DNA of 64,000 bases. Source: Eledone cirrhosa. Taxonomy: Eukaryota. Each line of letters begins with the position of its first letter. Position 1 is the stretch's first letter. The DNA lies in the NCBI GenBank assembly GCA_964016885.1, contig OZ024742.1, positions 177,692,001-177,756,000 on the forward strand. Direction: 5' to 3'. Under the pieces are notes generated by a model that saw only the letters and a list, made by a program, of their open reading frames with translations, was not told the origin of the DNA and searched no databases. This document shows positions 48,883 to 62,003 of this stretch, in pieces. Position numbers and translations under genes: made by a program.

Positions 48883-51800
48883 TTATTGCTTTTTATATCT
48901 AAAAAACTTCATCATAAACAATGCTTTTAACTTTTCATCTTTTGTGTGATAATAAAGATTATTGGGATCTCCCAATTTTGAGAGTGATACATATAGTTGT
49001 CCATTAGAAAATACTTCATTTTTAAGATTGATACCAACTTTTTTTAATGTTTGACCATGTGGTTTATTTATTGTCATAGCAAAAGATAGTTTAACTGGAA
49101 ATTTTAATCTTGTAAACCTCACTGGCTCCTCTGCAAGTAAGTTAATTCTTGGTAATAATACTAATTCATTTTTGTACTTTCCATTTAGTTTTTTTTTACT
49201 TCAATTACATTATTTGTAAGGGATTCCACTATTAACCTCGTTCCGCTGCATAATCTTGGAGTTTGTAAATTTCTCAAAACAATAATTCGAACTCCTTTCT
49301 TCAAATTCAATTCGTGTGGTGGAAATCCCGATAATTCTAATAAATTTAAGAACTCAACCGAAAAATCTACTGTTTCATTTGTATCCATTACTTGATCTAT
49401 CGAATTGTAGGTTCTTAATCTATGTTCTTATACTGTGTTAAGTAATCACATATTAATAGCATCAACATTATCATTTTTAGCAGCTAAAATTATTCTGCCT
49501 GACATCCACTCTGTATTAGTGTAATTAATTGCAATGTCCTCAAAAATAAATGTTTCTAAATCAATTTCATTCTCAATTTCCCACTGTCATCACTTGAGAT
49601 ACTTTTTTCTCCTATTTCTAATAGTTTACTTGCAAGTCATTATGTTTTAGAAAATGCACTTTCATATTAATCCTTAATGACAATTTGTGGAATAATGGCC
49701 ATAAATAGGATGCCTTGATAGATGCATCACTTCTTGGTGCTAATGCAAGTATTTGTCTAAAATCACCAGCTAGTAAATTATTCTTTTTAATCTCTTTCAA
49801 TGTTTTAACAACAGCCTCTAAAATCGTTTTCTGTGACATTGTAACTTCATCCAATACTAATAAATTACAATTTTCTAAGGTTATCCAAATTCGACTTCTT
49901 TTTCTAATTAATGTTGTGAATTCATCAAGTATTGATGATGAAAAGAGTAATTTAAACATTGAATGTACTGTTTTTCCATTATCTATTAAAGATGCTGCTA
50001 TTCCTGAAGTAGCAACGGCTATACTAATATAATCATTCATTTTATTGTTTGTTAGTAAAAGATTCATCAAAAATGTTTCTCCAGTTCCACCTGGAACATC
50101 TAAAAAGTATAATGTTTGTTCATTTCTATTGGCTATTGAATCATTGATTGTAGTGTAAATAAGTCTTTGTTCTTCATTCAACAATGGTTCATTCACATCT
50201 ACAAAGTTTCTTATTTCTAAGTGTTCATTTACTCAATATTGTTTACTTCTAGTTCTTCACAAGCTGTCATGTAGTCCTATTTCAATCAAAGCCTTTTGTC
50301 CTATTTCACATAAAAGAGTTTTAAGTTTGTGTAAAATTTCACTGTATAATATTTCTTCATCGTTTATTTTTTCTTGTTGATTGTTTGTCAACTGATTTAG
50401 AATATCAACTGACATTAGTTGTTTCAATTCTTCATATAATACTACAGGACCAGAAGGATTACAATGAATTAATGCAAGTTTGATAGAAACAGTTTCTTTA
50501 AGTGCTAGTTTTAGACGATTGTCATCTTCTAATAATCCTCTTGCCAAACATGCTCCTTTAAATGTATTATAGACAATACCTTCATGTGTTTTCCCCTCTC
50601 TGAAAGATTTTGGACTTCTTACTACGTTCAGCAATAATCTGAGACAATAGCATTCTGTTTGATTAGGTGGTACAGTGTAAATTCTAGAACATGTTTTCAA
50701 TTGTATATGTTTTTGAGTTTATTATTATTGTTGCTGTTCTTCCTCCATTTTCTGTTTTTCTCCGTCTATATAAGGGATATCCTGTGACATCTGCCCTGGT
50801 TTCATTAATCAAATATTTTGGGTAATTTTTCCCAGATTTTTTATCATTCATACATGGACATTGCGGATTTAATAAACCACATGGACCATGGATCATTTGT
50901 GTAGCAACAATATCATAAAGATTAGGATCATTAATTGGATTGGGAATTTCTGCAGAGATTACTGAATCTAATTAATTTGGATAAATTGTTTGCTCTAACC
51001 AAAGTAAGATATAACAATGTGGTAAGCCTCTTTTCTGCCATTCTACTGTGTATATATATATGCCTTTATTTTGTGAAATATTCCACCTCCCTTGTCAACC
51101 AATATTTTCATCATCTTGTTTAACTTTTGCTTGAAAGAATTCTTGTAATTATGTCGTGCATATCTTCGATTTTTTTACCTTTGTATAGGTTTTCCATGAT
51201 CTCATTCCATTTAGGATTGCAAGTGAATGTTATAACTAGATCAAACCTACCATATTCTCTCACATAACACATTGCATCTTGAGTTCTTTCCTTCCAATAC
51301 ATTGGACTTCCAACAAAAGTAGAAGGTAAAATTACAGCCCTACCCTACTTCCTGTGCATTGAATATTCCTTCATTATTTAGAGAATCTTTTAAAAGAGAC
51401 CCTTAGGTTGGTTCGGTGCTTTTTATTGTAAATAAACCGTTCAAACTCAATTTTGGCATACATATCAACTAAAAACATTTGGAACAATCGTTTACATCTT
51501 ACTATTTGATTTCAAGTATTTCTTAGCTGTAAATAATATGCATAATATTGCCTGCGTGTAACATTCTTATCTGGGATTGTTTGATTTGTATTTGGGTTGT
51601 TTGACGGTAAATCCAACGAATAGCGATCATTTCTTCTCCAATGAATCAAAGAATATTGTAATGGATCAAATGATCTATGTAATTTATTGATTTTCTTACA
51701 ATGTTATCTTTATAAGTAAAAATGATGTTTCTTTGTGGAAGTTCGGTTACAACCATTACTATTCCCACATCGTTAGATACTCGGTCATTGTACCATATTG

Positions 51801-52200
51801 ACCATATTTAGGAGTATTATCAACTGCATTATACAATGAACTTATTCTGTGATTAATTTGAGCTTGTATTTTAAAACCTGGCATGAATTCCAACAGAGAT
51901 ACTGATTCACCGACTCCAAAGGATGTCATTAAAAACAATTCGTTGTATTAATATTCTTTAAGAATTCGTTGTGTTTAATATTCTTTAAGAAGTTTTTGGA
52001 ATCCCGTGTTTCCCTCGGCATTAATGTATTTAAAGTTTCAAATGGTGTTTCAATTAAATTCAATTTAACTTTACCATTTGAACAACATAATCCCTTAGGT
52101 TCATCTTTAAATAGTTTTGCACAACAATGCTTACAAACTACTGACATTGTTCCTAACTTTGATAGATTATCATAATTTTGAATTGGATCATATTCAAATG
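48883..52200 (-). pseudogene. Helitron RepHel (HUH Rep plus Pif1 helicase), heavily decayed
   Basis: CKHCCAK..CCSNGK, TFTCNPKW, VEWQKRGLPHCYIL, MIHGPCG, YPLYRRR, PGGTGET (decayed Walker A), LDEV, GDFRQ, LRNL..LCSGTRL, FPVKLSFAMTINK and GQLYVSLS occur in order across broken frames. Confidence 0.93.
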
Positions 52201-52693
52201 TTGGATTCTGTTTTCTGTCAAATTTCCTATCAACTCTCGGGAAGGTAATCTGTTTTCTTCTCTAATTTCATTTCCCCTTTGAATTGAGAGCCTTTCCGGT
52301 TTTTATCTTTGATACTATCGATTTCTTGCTTCCACCTCATCACATAAATGTGTGTGTATGTAATAATAATTTTTTTAAGCATGTCTCTTTATATATATGT
52401 GTATGTGTAAATACGCGTATTTGTAATTCTATTGTCTATGTAAATAAACATACACAAACACATATACACTCACTCAAATATTATATATAAATATATTTTA
52501 CACGAACACAGATATACACACACACACACACAAACATTCACATACCTCCCTTTTACCCACACATACATTCACACACATACACACATATACGCACACAGAG
52601 TTGAAACGCTGTTTGATTTTGATTTTTCACCGGAGAATTTTCACCATCCTACTTCCATCGGTGGACTGACACACGGACACGATTCGACTTCTA

Positions 52694-52862
52694 CCGTATT
52701 TCCCGGCGCCAAAGAGACTTCGTCCTCGAGGATGCACACTAATTTGGAAAACCCAAAATTTGAAAAAAAAAAATAAACAACCTTCTGCCTCCAGGACACA
52801 TGGTAGATTTATAGACTTATTTTAGGAAAAAAGTTGCGTCTTCGACGCCGGGAATTATGGGG
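52694..52862. mobile_element. ~170-bp pogo/Tc1-like MITE near the Helitron 5' end
   Basis: TA|CCGTATTTCCCGGCG ... CGCCGGGAATTATGG(GG)|TA imperfect TIRs with TA flanks. Confidence 0.65.
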
Positions 52863-53546
52863 TATTTATATAGATTATAGTGAATATGTTAGAACATCAG
52901 ATAGTATTTGCCGTCACACCTTTCTTCGCTCTGAGACGAAACAAATCCTTCCGAGGTCAATTATACTTTTGATCCTTTTAACGTCGATAAATGGAGTAAC
53001 TGCCCAATAGTGATGCTAAGGCTACCACTATATTTCTCACTTACAAACACTTCTCTCTCTCTCCATCTCTCTCTCTCTCCCTCCCTGTAAAACCACCTCT
53101 TGTCAGACATAAATGGGGATGAGCTCTGCCAAAGATTACATATGACCCATTAATAGATTTCTTTATGGGACAGCAATCAGTTTGTGAATTTCTCAATTGA
53201 TTTCTTTTCAAAATAGATATTACATAGGATTTTTGTTTGTATGTTATGTATTATTATATATGAAATGAATATTCATATGCACGAGCCTCGGAAATTGAAC
53301 TTTATTTCAACGCCCCACCTTTATCAGCCTGTCCTTCCGTCCGTAACGTCAATCAACAACAACCATGATCGTGAATTCCCTGCAATAGCAGAAAAGTGCA
53401 TTCGGCGTTACTATAAGCCTTTGGACACATTGTCAAGTGTAATTGACAAAGAAATAGTTAAATTCTCGTGAGATGTGATGTGGGATGGTCATATGAAAGA
53501 TAATTTAAATAAATTATCAAGTATAAATTGAGAAAATAAATTAAAT

Positions 53547-53627
53547 TCTCGCGAGACAGATTCGAGTTAAGGATAACAGTTAATTTCGAACTACAGTCCT
53601 CCGCTCTACCAACTGAGTTATCGCGAG
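53547..53627 (-). pseudogene. tRNA-Tyr(GTA) pseudogene with an 8-nt T-arm deletion
   Basis: Acceptor stem, anticodon and intron are intact; the T stem is missing. Confidence 0.85.
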
Positions 53628-55020
53628 AACACTGACAAACAATTTCAAGATAAAAGCTCTTAAGTGATATTAATGGATATTAATGGATAATATCATGATT
53701 TCAGAACAATAATTTAAAACATCATAGTAACAGTTTACATGCACGAATACACACAACAGGACATACACACGCGCACAGAAACACACACATTTATATGATA
53801 TATTATATAACGTGAAGTCTACTTTTTCACAGCAACCATTATATATACATATGAGAGCGAAGAACTGCCAGTATCGGTAAGGGCGTCGGAAAACATGCTT
53901 TACATTCAGAGTTTAAATCCTACCAAGCTTAGCTTTGCCTTCCATCCTCACCAGCTCGATACAATAAATTATAAGTAGTTCACAGGGGTCTATTTAATCA
54001 ACATTCCCTCCCCACAAAATTGTCAGCCTTGTGCCTGAATCATATACCTACCCCTGCGCCTTTTGTCATTGCTTAATTTTGTTTTTATCATTTTTTTTCC
54101 TATATCCATCATTGTACAATGTCTTTTTGTAAAATATAGTTGACATAATATGTATATGTCAAAATATCATCAACAGATGTCATCAACAGATGTCATAAAC
54201 AAAATGTCATCAGCAGATGACAAAATATAATTTTTTTTCATTAGTGAATAAAAAAAAGTATTAATATTAGGAATGGATAGTGATAGAATCTTAAGAGTGC
54301 TGGAAATAATATTTTGCATCTATATTGCCCTAGCTCTGTACGTTTGCTCAGTCACTGTCCTCCTAACTGTGATAAGTTCCTTGTTTTGTATATATTTCTT
54401 TTCTAAATTGTTTCATACTTAAATATATGTAACTCTACAATCTGTTGTATCCCAAATAAAAGAACAACACAAACTTTATGTATGACCCATAAACAAATTT
54501 CTTCATGCTGTAGAAATCTGTTTCTTTGGCCGACTGGATTTTCGAATTAATTTCTTTTAAAAATAAATATAACTGACTTTTCTTTTGTGTGTTAATTATG
54601 ACGCGATTGAGATGGCCATTCATATTAACGAGCCTCGGAAAGTACCTCACTTTTATTCAGCGCCTCTCCCTTATCATCTCGTAATCCCATACCGTTCATC
54701 AACAACAAACATAAACGGGAATTTCGTGCAATAGCAGAATAACAACCTACGACATCATTATGAGTCTTTATATTACATTGACAAGTATAATTGACAACAA
54801 CAAAAAGGATTAAATCCTGCGAGACGGGTTGTAAGATAGACATTCAGATGAAAGAGCCTCGTGAAATGGACTGACGTTTTCCCAACGAGTCACTCTCACC
54901 AGTTCCGTGTAATCAACAGCAAACACGAAAGGAAATTTCCTGTAATACCAGAAAATTAACGAAGTTATTATCAATTTTTACATAGATTGTGTAGTAAAAA
55001 TGGAAAGAGAAAAATGAATT

Positions 55021-55109
55021 TCTCGCGAGACGGAGTCGAACCATCGACCTAAGGATAACAGACATTTTCTCGCTACAGTCCTCCGCTCTACCAACTGAGC
55101 TATCGCGAG
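55021..55109 (-). tRNA. tRNA-Tyr(GTA) with 16-nt intron, apparently intact
   Basis: CTCGCGA TA GCTC AGTTGGTA GAGC G GAGGA CT GTA G [CGAGAAAATGTCTGTT] A TCCTT AGGTC GATGG TTCGACT CCGTC TCGCGAG A. It has C1-G72/A73 Tyr identity and a T5 terminator ~6 nt downstream. Confidence 0.88.
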
Positions 55110-55887
55110 AACGATAAGATAAAATATCTCGTCTGATGGTAATTGATAATATCACGCTGTGAGAAAAATAATTTAAAACATCATGGGAAAAGTGTACACA
55201 TATACATACAGTTGCACAGATAAACACACACATGTTTTTGATACATTCAATGGCGTCAAGGCTACTACTAAACATCAACAATTATGTATGCACAAAAGAG
55301 CGTGGATCGACATCGGTAGGGAATCGGACAAAATGCATTCCAGCATATAGTTACGTTCTGAGTTCAAATCCCACAAAGTTTAGCTTTGCGTATCATCCTT
55401 ACGGGGTCGTTAAAATAAAATACCAGTAGGGCACGTGAAACGATTTAGTCCAGTTTCCCTTCCCCGCAGAATTGTTGCCCATGTGTCTAAATCAGAAACC
55501 AACATTAATATTAGTAATGCGGAGTGACAGAAACTTAAGAGAGCTGGAAAAAGAACTTTGTGACCCACAAAAAGATTTCTACATGGGGCAGCAGTCCGTT
55601 TTCTTGACCGACTGTATTTCTGAATTAATTTTTCTAAAAACTAGATATTACATAGGAATTTATTATATGTTAATAAACCTTCGAATGTGAGATGAACATT
55701 CATATGAACGAGACTCAGGAAAAGAACAGACACTTTTTAGCGGACACACACTCCCATCCTGTTCGCCAGTTCCGTCAATCAACTACAAACAGGAACTTGG
55801 ATTTGGGGCAAAAGCACAAAACGTACCAAGGACAATATTATGAAGCTTTAGATATATTTCCATAAATTGACAAAAGAAAACTGAATT

Positions 55888-55976
55888 TCTCGCGAGACGG
55901 ATTCGAACAACCGACCTAAGGATACCTGTTGATTTCGAACTACAGTCCTCCGCTCTACCAACTAAGCAATCACGAG
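55888..55976 (-). pseudogene. tRNA-Tyr(GTA) variant, probable pseudogene
   Basis: Full length with intron, but A9>T, a T-stem mismatch and an altered B-box. Confidence 0.75.
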
Positions 55977-56198
55977 AACACTGGCGGAGCACACGAAATA
56001 AAATCTTTTATCTGATGATATTGGATTGTATCACGACGTAGGAACAATAAATTAAGCCGTCATATGAATAGTTTACTTACAAAGACATACAGTTGCACAG
56101 AGAAACATTCACACACACTTTTATACAATACACCCACCATAATATGTACAAAACTGGACAACATTATCAAGATATATGATTTCTTATACTATTATAGT

Positions 56199-57509
56199 CT
56201 TCTTCTTGTGTCCACAAGAGAATCAGTTACAAACCTTGGCCATGTGGTTCCGCCACAGCTAAACACATGGCTGTCATTTCTCATTAAACTCTGCCACTCC
56301 AATGCAGGGGGAATGTCAGGAGGTGCTGCGCAGTCTGTCATTCGATGCCGCAGTCACACACAACGTCCCTATCCTTTAAATATCCCCATTTTGCAAGATT
56401 GACTTTTGCAGGTGCCACACCATAACTTAGTCTGTTTAGGAATTTCCACACTGCATTGTTTGAATCTGCTCCCGGGAGCAGTGCCTCGCTCCTCTATAGC
56501 TCCATTGTTGTTATAGGCAGGAGGTTTTTAACTTTTTCTTCAGTACTTATGCTTGATTGTCCAAGGTTCGTGATGCTCTTTAGGAAAGTTTTCATGGTTT
56601 TAAGGCAACTTTTAGCTGGAACATGGCCGAAGAGAGGTTGTTTTTGATTTGTAGTCTGTTGTTGATGATCTTTCTTGTTCTGCACTTCATCGTATCTCTG
56701 ATGGGGCTATGCCTGTCGGGTGTAGATTTCTGGCATCCCGTGATGATGCAGCAGCTAGCATTGAGGACGTGATCTAGCTTCTGGGCATGGACAGCTCACT
56801 CTCATACTGGGACCACTCGGCAGCTGAGTAGCAGAGCGCTAGTGCAGTTGATTTCAGAGTCTGTGGGTTTGCATCCCAGGTTGTGCCAGTGAGCTTGCCG
56901 ATGATGTCCCTCGCATTCACTTTGCACTTTGTACTCTCAAAGTGGATCTTAAAAGAGAAACACGAGTCCAGGATTGCGCCTAGATAGACTGGGTACTCAA
57001 AGTGATCAATGGAGGTTCCTGACCAGTTGAACTTCAGTCGGCGCTTGGCCTCAGGGTTTCGAGGGTAGAAAGCACACAGATGCGTCTTGGATGGATTTTC
57101 ACGCAGGTGGTTCTCTTCATAATAAGTTGTTAGCTTTTCCAGGGCATTGGAGAGCCTATCTTTCACAACTTTGAAATCAGAGTCTTGTGTACCTATTCCA
57201 AAATCGTCTGCATAGCTGGAGCCGCGATTGTCTGCACCTTTTGGTTGGTCGTTTAAAGACAACTGGTGCAATCACACATCATTGTAGGAGGCGATTCTAG
57301 AGTCTTCGCCGCCTGCCTTTCTTCCCTCCTAGCTCAACAAAGAAGTGCCTGTTTTCAAGCATGATTCCAATCAACTCTGTCAGACAGGAGTCCCTTGCTA
57401 AAGAGTCGTGTGTGGTTGAGAGTGTCATAGGCAGCTAAGAGGTCGACAAACTCCACACCGGTAACCACCCCCCACCCCCTCATGGCCGTCCTCGATGTAC
57501 TGGGTCATG
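56199..57509 (-). mobile_element. 5'-truncated Ingi/Vingi-like LINE fragment, copy 1
   Basis: YADD, NPSKT..F..RN.EAKRRL, YLGAILD and ALALCYSAAE motifs; (GAA)n tail on the minus strand. Clade assignment is tentative. Confidence 0.75.
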
Positions 57510-58177
57510 ATAGTGAATATGCTAGATCATATAGATAGAATACTTTGTCGTTTTCGTCACGCCTTTCTTCGCCCTGAGATAGAAACTCCTGCCGAGCTTA
57601 ACTTTGCTTTGACGTCGGTAAATAAGTAACTACCGAGAAATGGTGTAGAGACTTTTACATTTCTCTCTTACAACCCCCCCCCCCCCGACTCCCTATCTCT
57701 CTTCCTGTGAAATCATCTCTTGTCCTCCTACCTGGGATACGTTCTTTGTTGTTTTGGAGTTATTTCTTTTTATTGTTTCATACTCAAATCGATGTAACTC
57801 TACAATTTGTTGTAGTGCGTACGTTCATGCTGCACCCTCCCCCCTCCCGTACCTTCAATCAACAACAAACATAAACAGAAATGTCCTGCAATAGCAGAAT
57901 AAGTAGCTTCGACAATATTATCAGTCATTAGATACATTGACAATTATAATTGACAACAACAAAAAAGCTAAATTCTTGCAAGTCAGTTTGTAAGATAGAC
58001 ATTCAGATGAACGAGCCTCGTGAAGTGGACTGATCCTATTCCCAACGCCTCTCTCACCAGTTCCGTCAATCGAAATCAAATATGAACGGAAATTTCCTGT
58101 AATACCAGAAAATTAACAACATTATTATGAATTATTACATAGAGTATGTTTTAAAATTGGAAACAAAAAAATTTGAT

Positions 58178-58266
58178 TCTCACGAAAAGGATTCGAACCA
58201 TTGACCTACGGATAACAGTCATCCACACGCTACAGTCCTCCCCTCTACCAACTAAGCTTTCGCGAG
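58178..58266 (-). pseudogene. tRNA-Tyr(GTA) pseudogene
   Basis: 89-nt homolog with several stem-breaking substitutions. Confidence 0.8.
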
Positions 58267-59227
58267 AACCTGCCTTGCAAGATTTTAGCTTTTTTGTTGT
58301 TGTCAATTATGTCTGATGTTAATGGATAGTAAAACGATGTGAGAACAATAATTTAAAACACCATAAGCTCAGTTTATGCACACATATACACACACAGGCT
58401 GACACACACATATACATAGAGTTAACAGAGAAACAAACACGTGTATATAATACATTCAATGACGTGAATCCTACTTCTAAACATCAACAATTATGTATGC
58501 ACAAAAGAGCGTTGGATTGACATATCGGTAGGGCGTCGGACAACATGAATTGCAGCATATAGTTACGTTCTGAATTCAAATCCCACAGAGTTTAGCTTTG
58601 CGCATCATCCTTACGGAGTCGATAAAATAAAGTACCAGTAGGGCACTTGAGTCGATTTAGTGCAGTTTCCATTACCCCAAAATTCTTGCCCTTGTGTCTA
58701 AATCAGAAACTATTCTTTCCATTCTGAATTCAAATTCCGCCGAGGTCAACTTTGCCTTCCATCCTTACGGGGTCGATAAAATAAAGTACCAGTAATGTAC
58801 TGGGTAATTGCTGGCCTTGTGCCAAAAGTAGAAACAATTATTAATATTGGTAATGGGGAGTGACAGAAACATAAGTGTGCTAGAAAAAGAACTGTGTGAC
58901 CCCTTAAAAGAGTTCTACATGGGGCAGCAGTCCGTTTACTTGACCAACTGTATTTCTGAATTAATTTTTCTAAAAAATAGATATTACATAGGCATTTGTT
59001 AAAGGTTAATACACCTTCGAATAAGAGATGAACATTCATATGAAAGAGACTCATGAAGAGAACAGACATTTTTTAGCGGGGACACACTCCTATCCTGTTC
59101 GCCAATTCTGTCAATCAACAACAAACAGGAACTTGGATTTGGGGCAAAAGCACAAAAAGTACCAAGGACATTATTATCAGGCTTTAGATACATTGCCAAT
59201 TAAAATTGACAAAAAAAAAACTGAATT

Positions 59228-59316
59228 TCTCGCGAGACGGATTCGAATCAAAAACCTAAGGATAACAGTAAATTTGGAACTACAGTCCTCCGCTCCATCA
59301 ACTGGATTATCGCGAG
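59228..59316 (-). pseudogene. tRNA-Tyr(GTA) pseudogene
   Basis: D arm and T stem are decayed; acceptor and anticodon are retained. Confidence 0.8.
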
Positions 59317-59532
59317 AACACTCGCAAAGGATTCGATATTTTGAAATAAAATCTCTTATCTGATGATAGTGGATTGTATCACGACGTGAGAACAATAATT
59401 TAAGACATCATATGATTAGTTTACTCACACACAGACATACAGTTTCACACACCTTTATAAAATACACCCACCACAATATGTACAAAAGTGGACAAAATTA
59501 ACAAGACGTATGATTTCCTATACTATTATAGT

Positions 59533-60972
59533 CTTCTTCTTGTCGTGTCTACAAGTTTGTTAGTTACAAAGCTTGGCCATGTGGTTCTGCCATAGCTGAA
59601 CACATCGCTGTACTTTCTCATTAAACTCTGCTACATCCAATGCTGTGCAGGGGTGTTCCGGCAGGGAACATGTCAGGAGGTGCTGCACAGTCTGTCATTC
59701 GATGCCGCAGATACACTCAACGTCCCCATCCTTTAAATATCCCCATTTTGCAAGATAGACTTTTGCAGATACCACACCAGAACTTAGACTCTTTAGGAAT
59801 TTCCACACTGCATTGTTTGAATTTGCACCAGGAAGCAGTGCTTCGCTCCCCTATAGCTCCATTGTTGTTATAGATGGGACGTTGTTAATTTTTTCTTCAG
59901 TACTTATGCTTGAATTTCCAAGGGGCGTGATGCTCTTTAGGAAAGTTTTCCTGGTTTTAAGTCAGCTTTTAGCCGGAACATGGCTGAAGAGAGGATGTTT
60001 TTGATCTGTAGTCTGTTGTGATGATCTTTCTTGTTTTGCACTTCATCGTACCTCTGTTGGGGCAATGTTTTTCACGTGTAGATTTCTGGCATCCCGTGAT
60101 GAGGCAGCAGCTAGCATTGAGGACGTGATCTGACTTCTGATCATGGACAGCTCACTCCCATACTGGGCACACTCGGCAGCTGAGTAGCAGAGAGCTAGGG
60201 AAGTTGATTTTAGAATCTATGGGTTTGCATCCCCGGTTGAGCCAGTAAGCTTGCCGATGATGTTGTTCCTCTCGTTCACTTTGCACTTGGTCTTGTCAAC
60301 GTGTAACTGAAAAGAGAGGCACCTGTCGAGGGTTACAACTATATAGACTGCGTACTCGGTGTTCAAGGGAGGTTCATGACCAGTTGACCTTCATTTGACG
60401 CTTGACATCAGACTTTCGCAGGTGGAAGGCACACAGCTGCGTCTTGGATGGATTTGCACGTAGGTGGTTCTCTTCATAATTAGGTGGTAGCTTTTCCAGA
60501 GCATTTGAGAGTCTGTCTTCCACAACTCTGAAATCAGAGTCTTGTGCATCTATTCCAAGATCGTCTGCATAGATGAAGCGGCGGTTGTCTGCACTTTCTG
60601 GTTGATCGTTCGTGTGGATGTTGAAGACAACTGGTGCCACCACACTTCTCTGAACAAGCCATTCTTTAGTCTTCGCCATTTGATTTTCTTCCCTCCTAGC
60701 TCAACAAAGAAGTGCTTGTTTTCAAGCATGATTTCAATCAACTCTGTCAGAAAGGAGTCTCTTGTAGTCTCCATGACCTTGCTAAGGAGTCGTGTATGGT
60801 TGACAGTGTCATGGGCAGCTAAGAGGTCGAGAAACACCACGCCGGTTACCATCCCTTCCTCATAGCCGTCCTAGATGTACTGTGTCAAGATATGATCGTC
60901 CTAACTACGGACTTGGGAGGTCGACAAGATCGACAAGATATTGCTAACCCTATCACCACCATAAGGTACAAA
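59533..60972 (-). mobile_element. 5'-truncated Ingi/Vingi-like LINE fragment, copy 2, with 11-bp TSD ACTATTATAGT
   Basis: TSD at 59522-59532 and 60973-60983; VFLDLLAAHDTVNH, FIYADD and NPSKTQLCAFHL motifs. Confidence 0.8.
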
Positions 60973-61467
60973 ACTATTATAGTGAATATGTTAGAACATA
61001 GGTAAAATGCATTGTCCTGTTCGTCACGACTTTCTTCGCTCTGAGATAAATAAATCCTGCCGAGGTTAACTTTACTTTTAATCCATTTGACATCGCTAAA
61101 TAAAATAACTCTCCAGTAGTAGTGTAGAGACTTCCTCTACCTCTCTCTCTCTCTCTGTGAAATCCGCGTTTGTCAGACATGAATGAGGATGAGATCTGCC
61201 AAAGATTAATAAAGTTTCAAAAAAGATATTCCATAGTATTTGTTTGTATGTTATGGATTATAGGATGTGAGATTGACATTCATAGGAACGAGCTTAGGAA
61301 AATGGACTTACATTTTTTCAACGACTCTATCTTTCTATCTCATACTCCCGTACCATCAGTCAACAAAAAAAACGTAATCGTGAGTTTCCTACAATAGCAG
61401 AAAAGTACCAACAGTATTATTATCATTGTTTGCGCACATTGTCAAAGAAAAAAAAAAAAAAAAAAAT

Positions 61468-61556
61468 TCTCGCGAGACGGATTCGAACGAACGACTTAAG
61501 GATAACAGCTAATTTCAAACTATAATCCTCCGCTCTACCAACTGAGCTATCACGAG
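61468..61556 (-). pseudogene. tRNA-Tyr-derived pseudogene with ATA anticodon
   Basis: The anticodon loop reads TT ATA G instead of CT GTA G, and the T stem is mismatched. Confidence 0.8.
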
Positions 61557-61769
61557 AACACTGTTGTAGAATTCGAAATATCTGATGTTAATGGATATGA
61601 GATCAACAATTTAAATGATGATAGGAACAATTTCCATGCACAGATACAGACACTGATACGCAGACACACACATAACTACAATTGTATACACAAAAAACAC
61701 ACTCATGTATATTGCATGATAGATGACGTAAAGGTTACTTCTCAATATCAACCATTATATATACGTAAG

Positions 61770-62003
61770 AGAGCGGTGAACTGGCAGTATCAGTAGGGCA
61801 TAGGACAACATGTCTTGCAGTTTATAGTTACGCTCCTTTACGTTTACATTTCAAATCCCACCGAACTTAGCTTTGCCGATCACCTTTATGGGCTCGTTAA
61901 AATATAGTACCAGTAATGCATTTGGGTAAATTTAATCGACTCTATCCTCTACCGAAATTGTTGGCCTTGTGCCTAAATCAGAAACCAATATTGATATTAG
62001 TAA
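61770..62003 (+). mobile_element. Decayed SINE in the tRNA-array spacer (paralogs at ~53855, 55300, 58508 and 58720)
   Basis: TGGCAGTATC head, TTCAAATCCC and TTGGCCTTGTGCCTAAATCAGAAAC end. Confidence 0.7.

Larger units (their letters stand above)
31080..52874 (-). mobile_element. Helitron (21.8 kb including nested LINEs)
   Basis: 5' end A|TCTATATAAATA at 52874; 3' hairpin 31096-31114 followed by CTAG|T at 31080-31083. Joining the flanks gives TATACTA|TTATAGTGAATATG, the same as the paralogous spacer (59520-59532 plus 60984 onward). A RepHel pseudogene lies inside. Confidence 0.85.

Noticed and set aside
54913-59395. ORFs containing RDSSVGRAEDCS-like peptides
   Set aside because: Translations of the tRNA-Tyr sequences.
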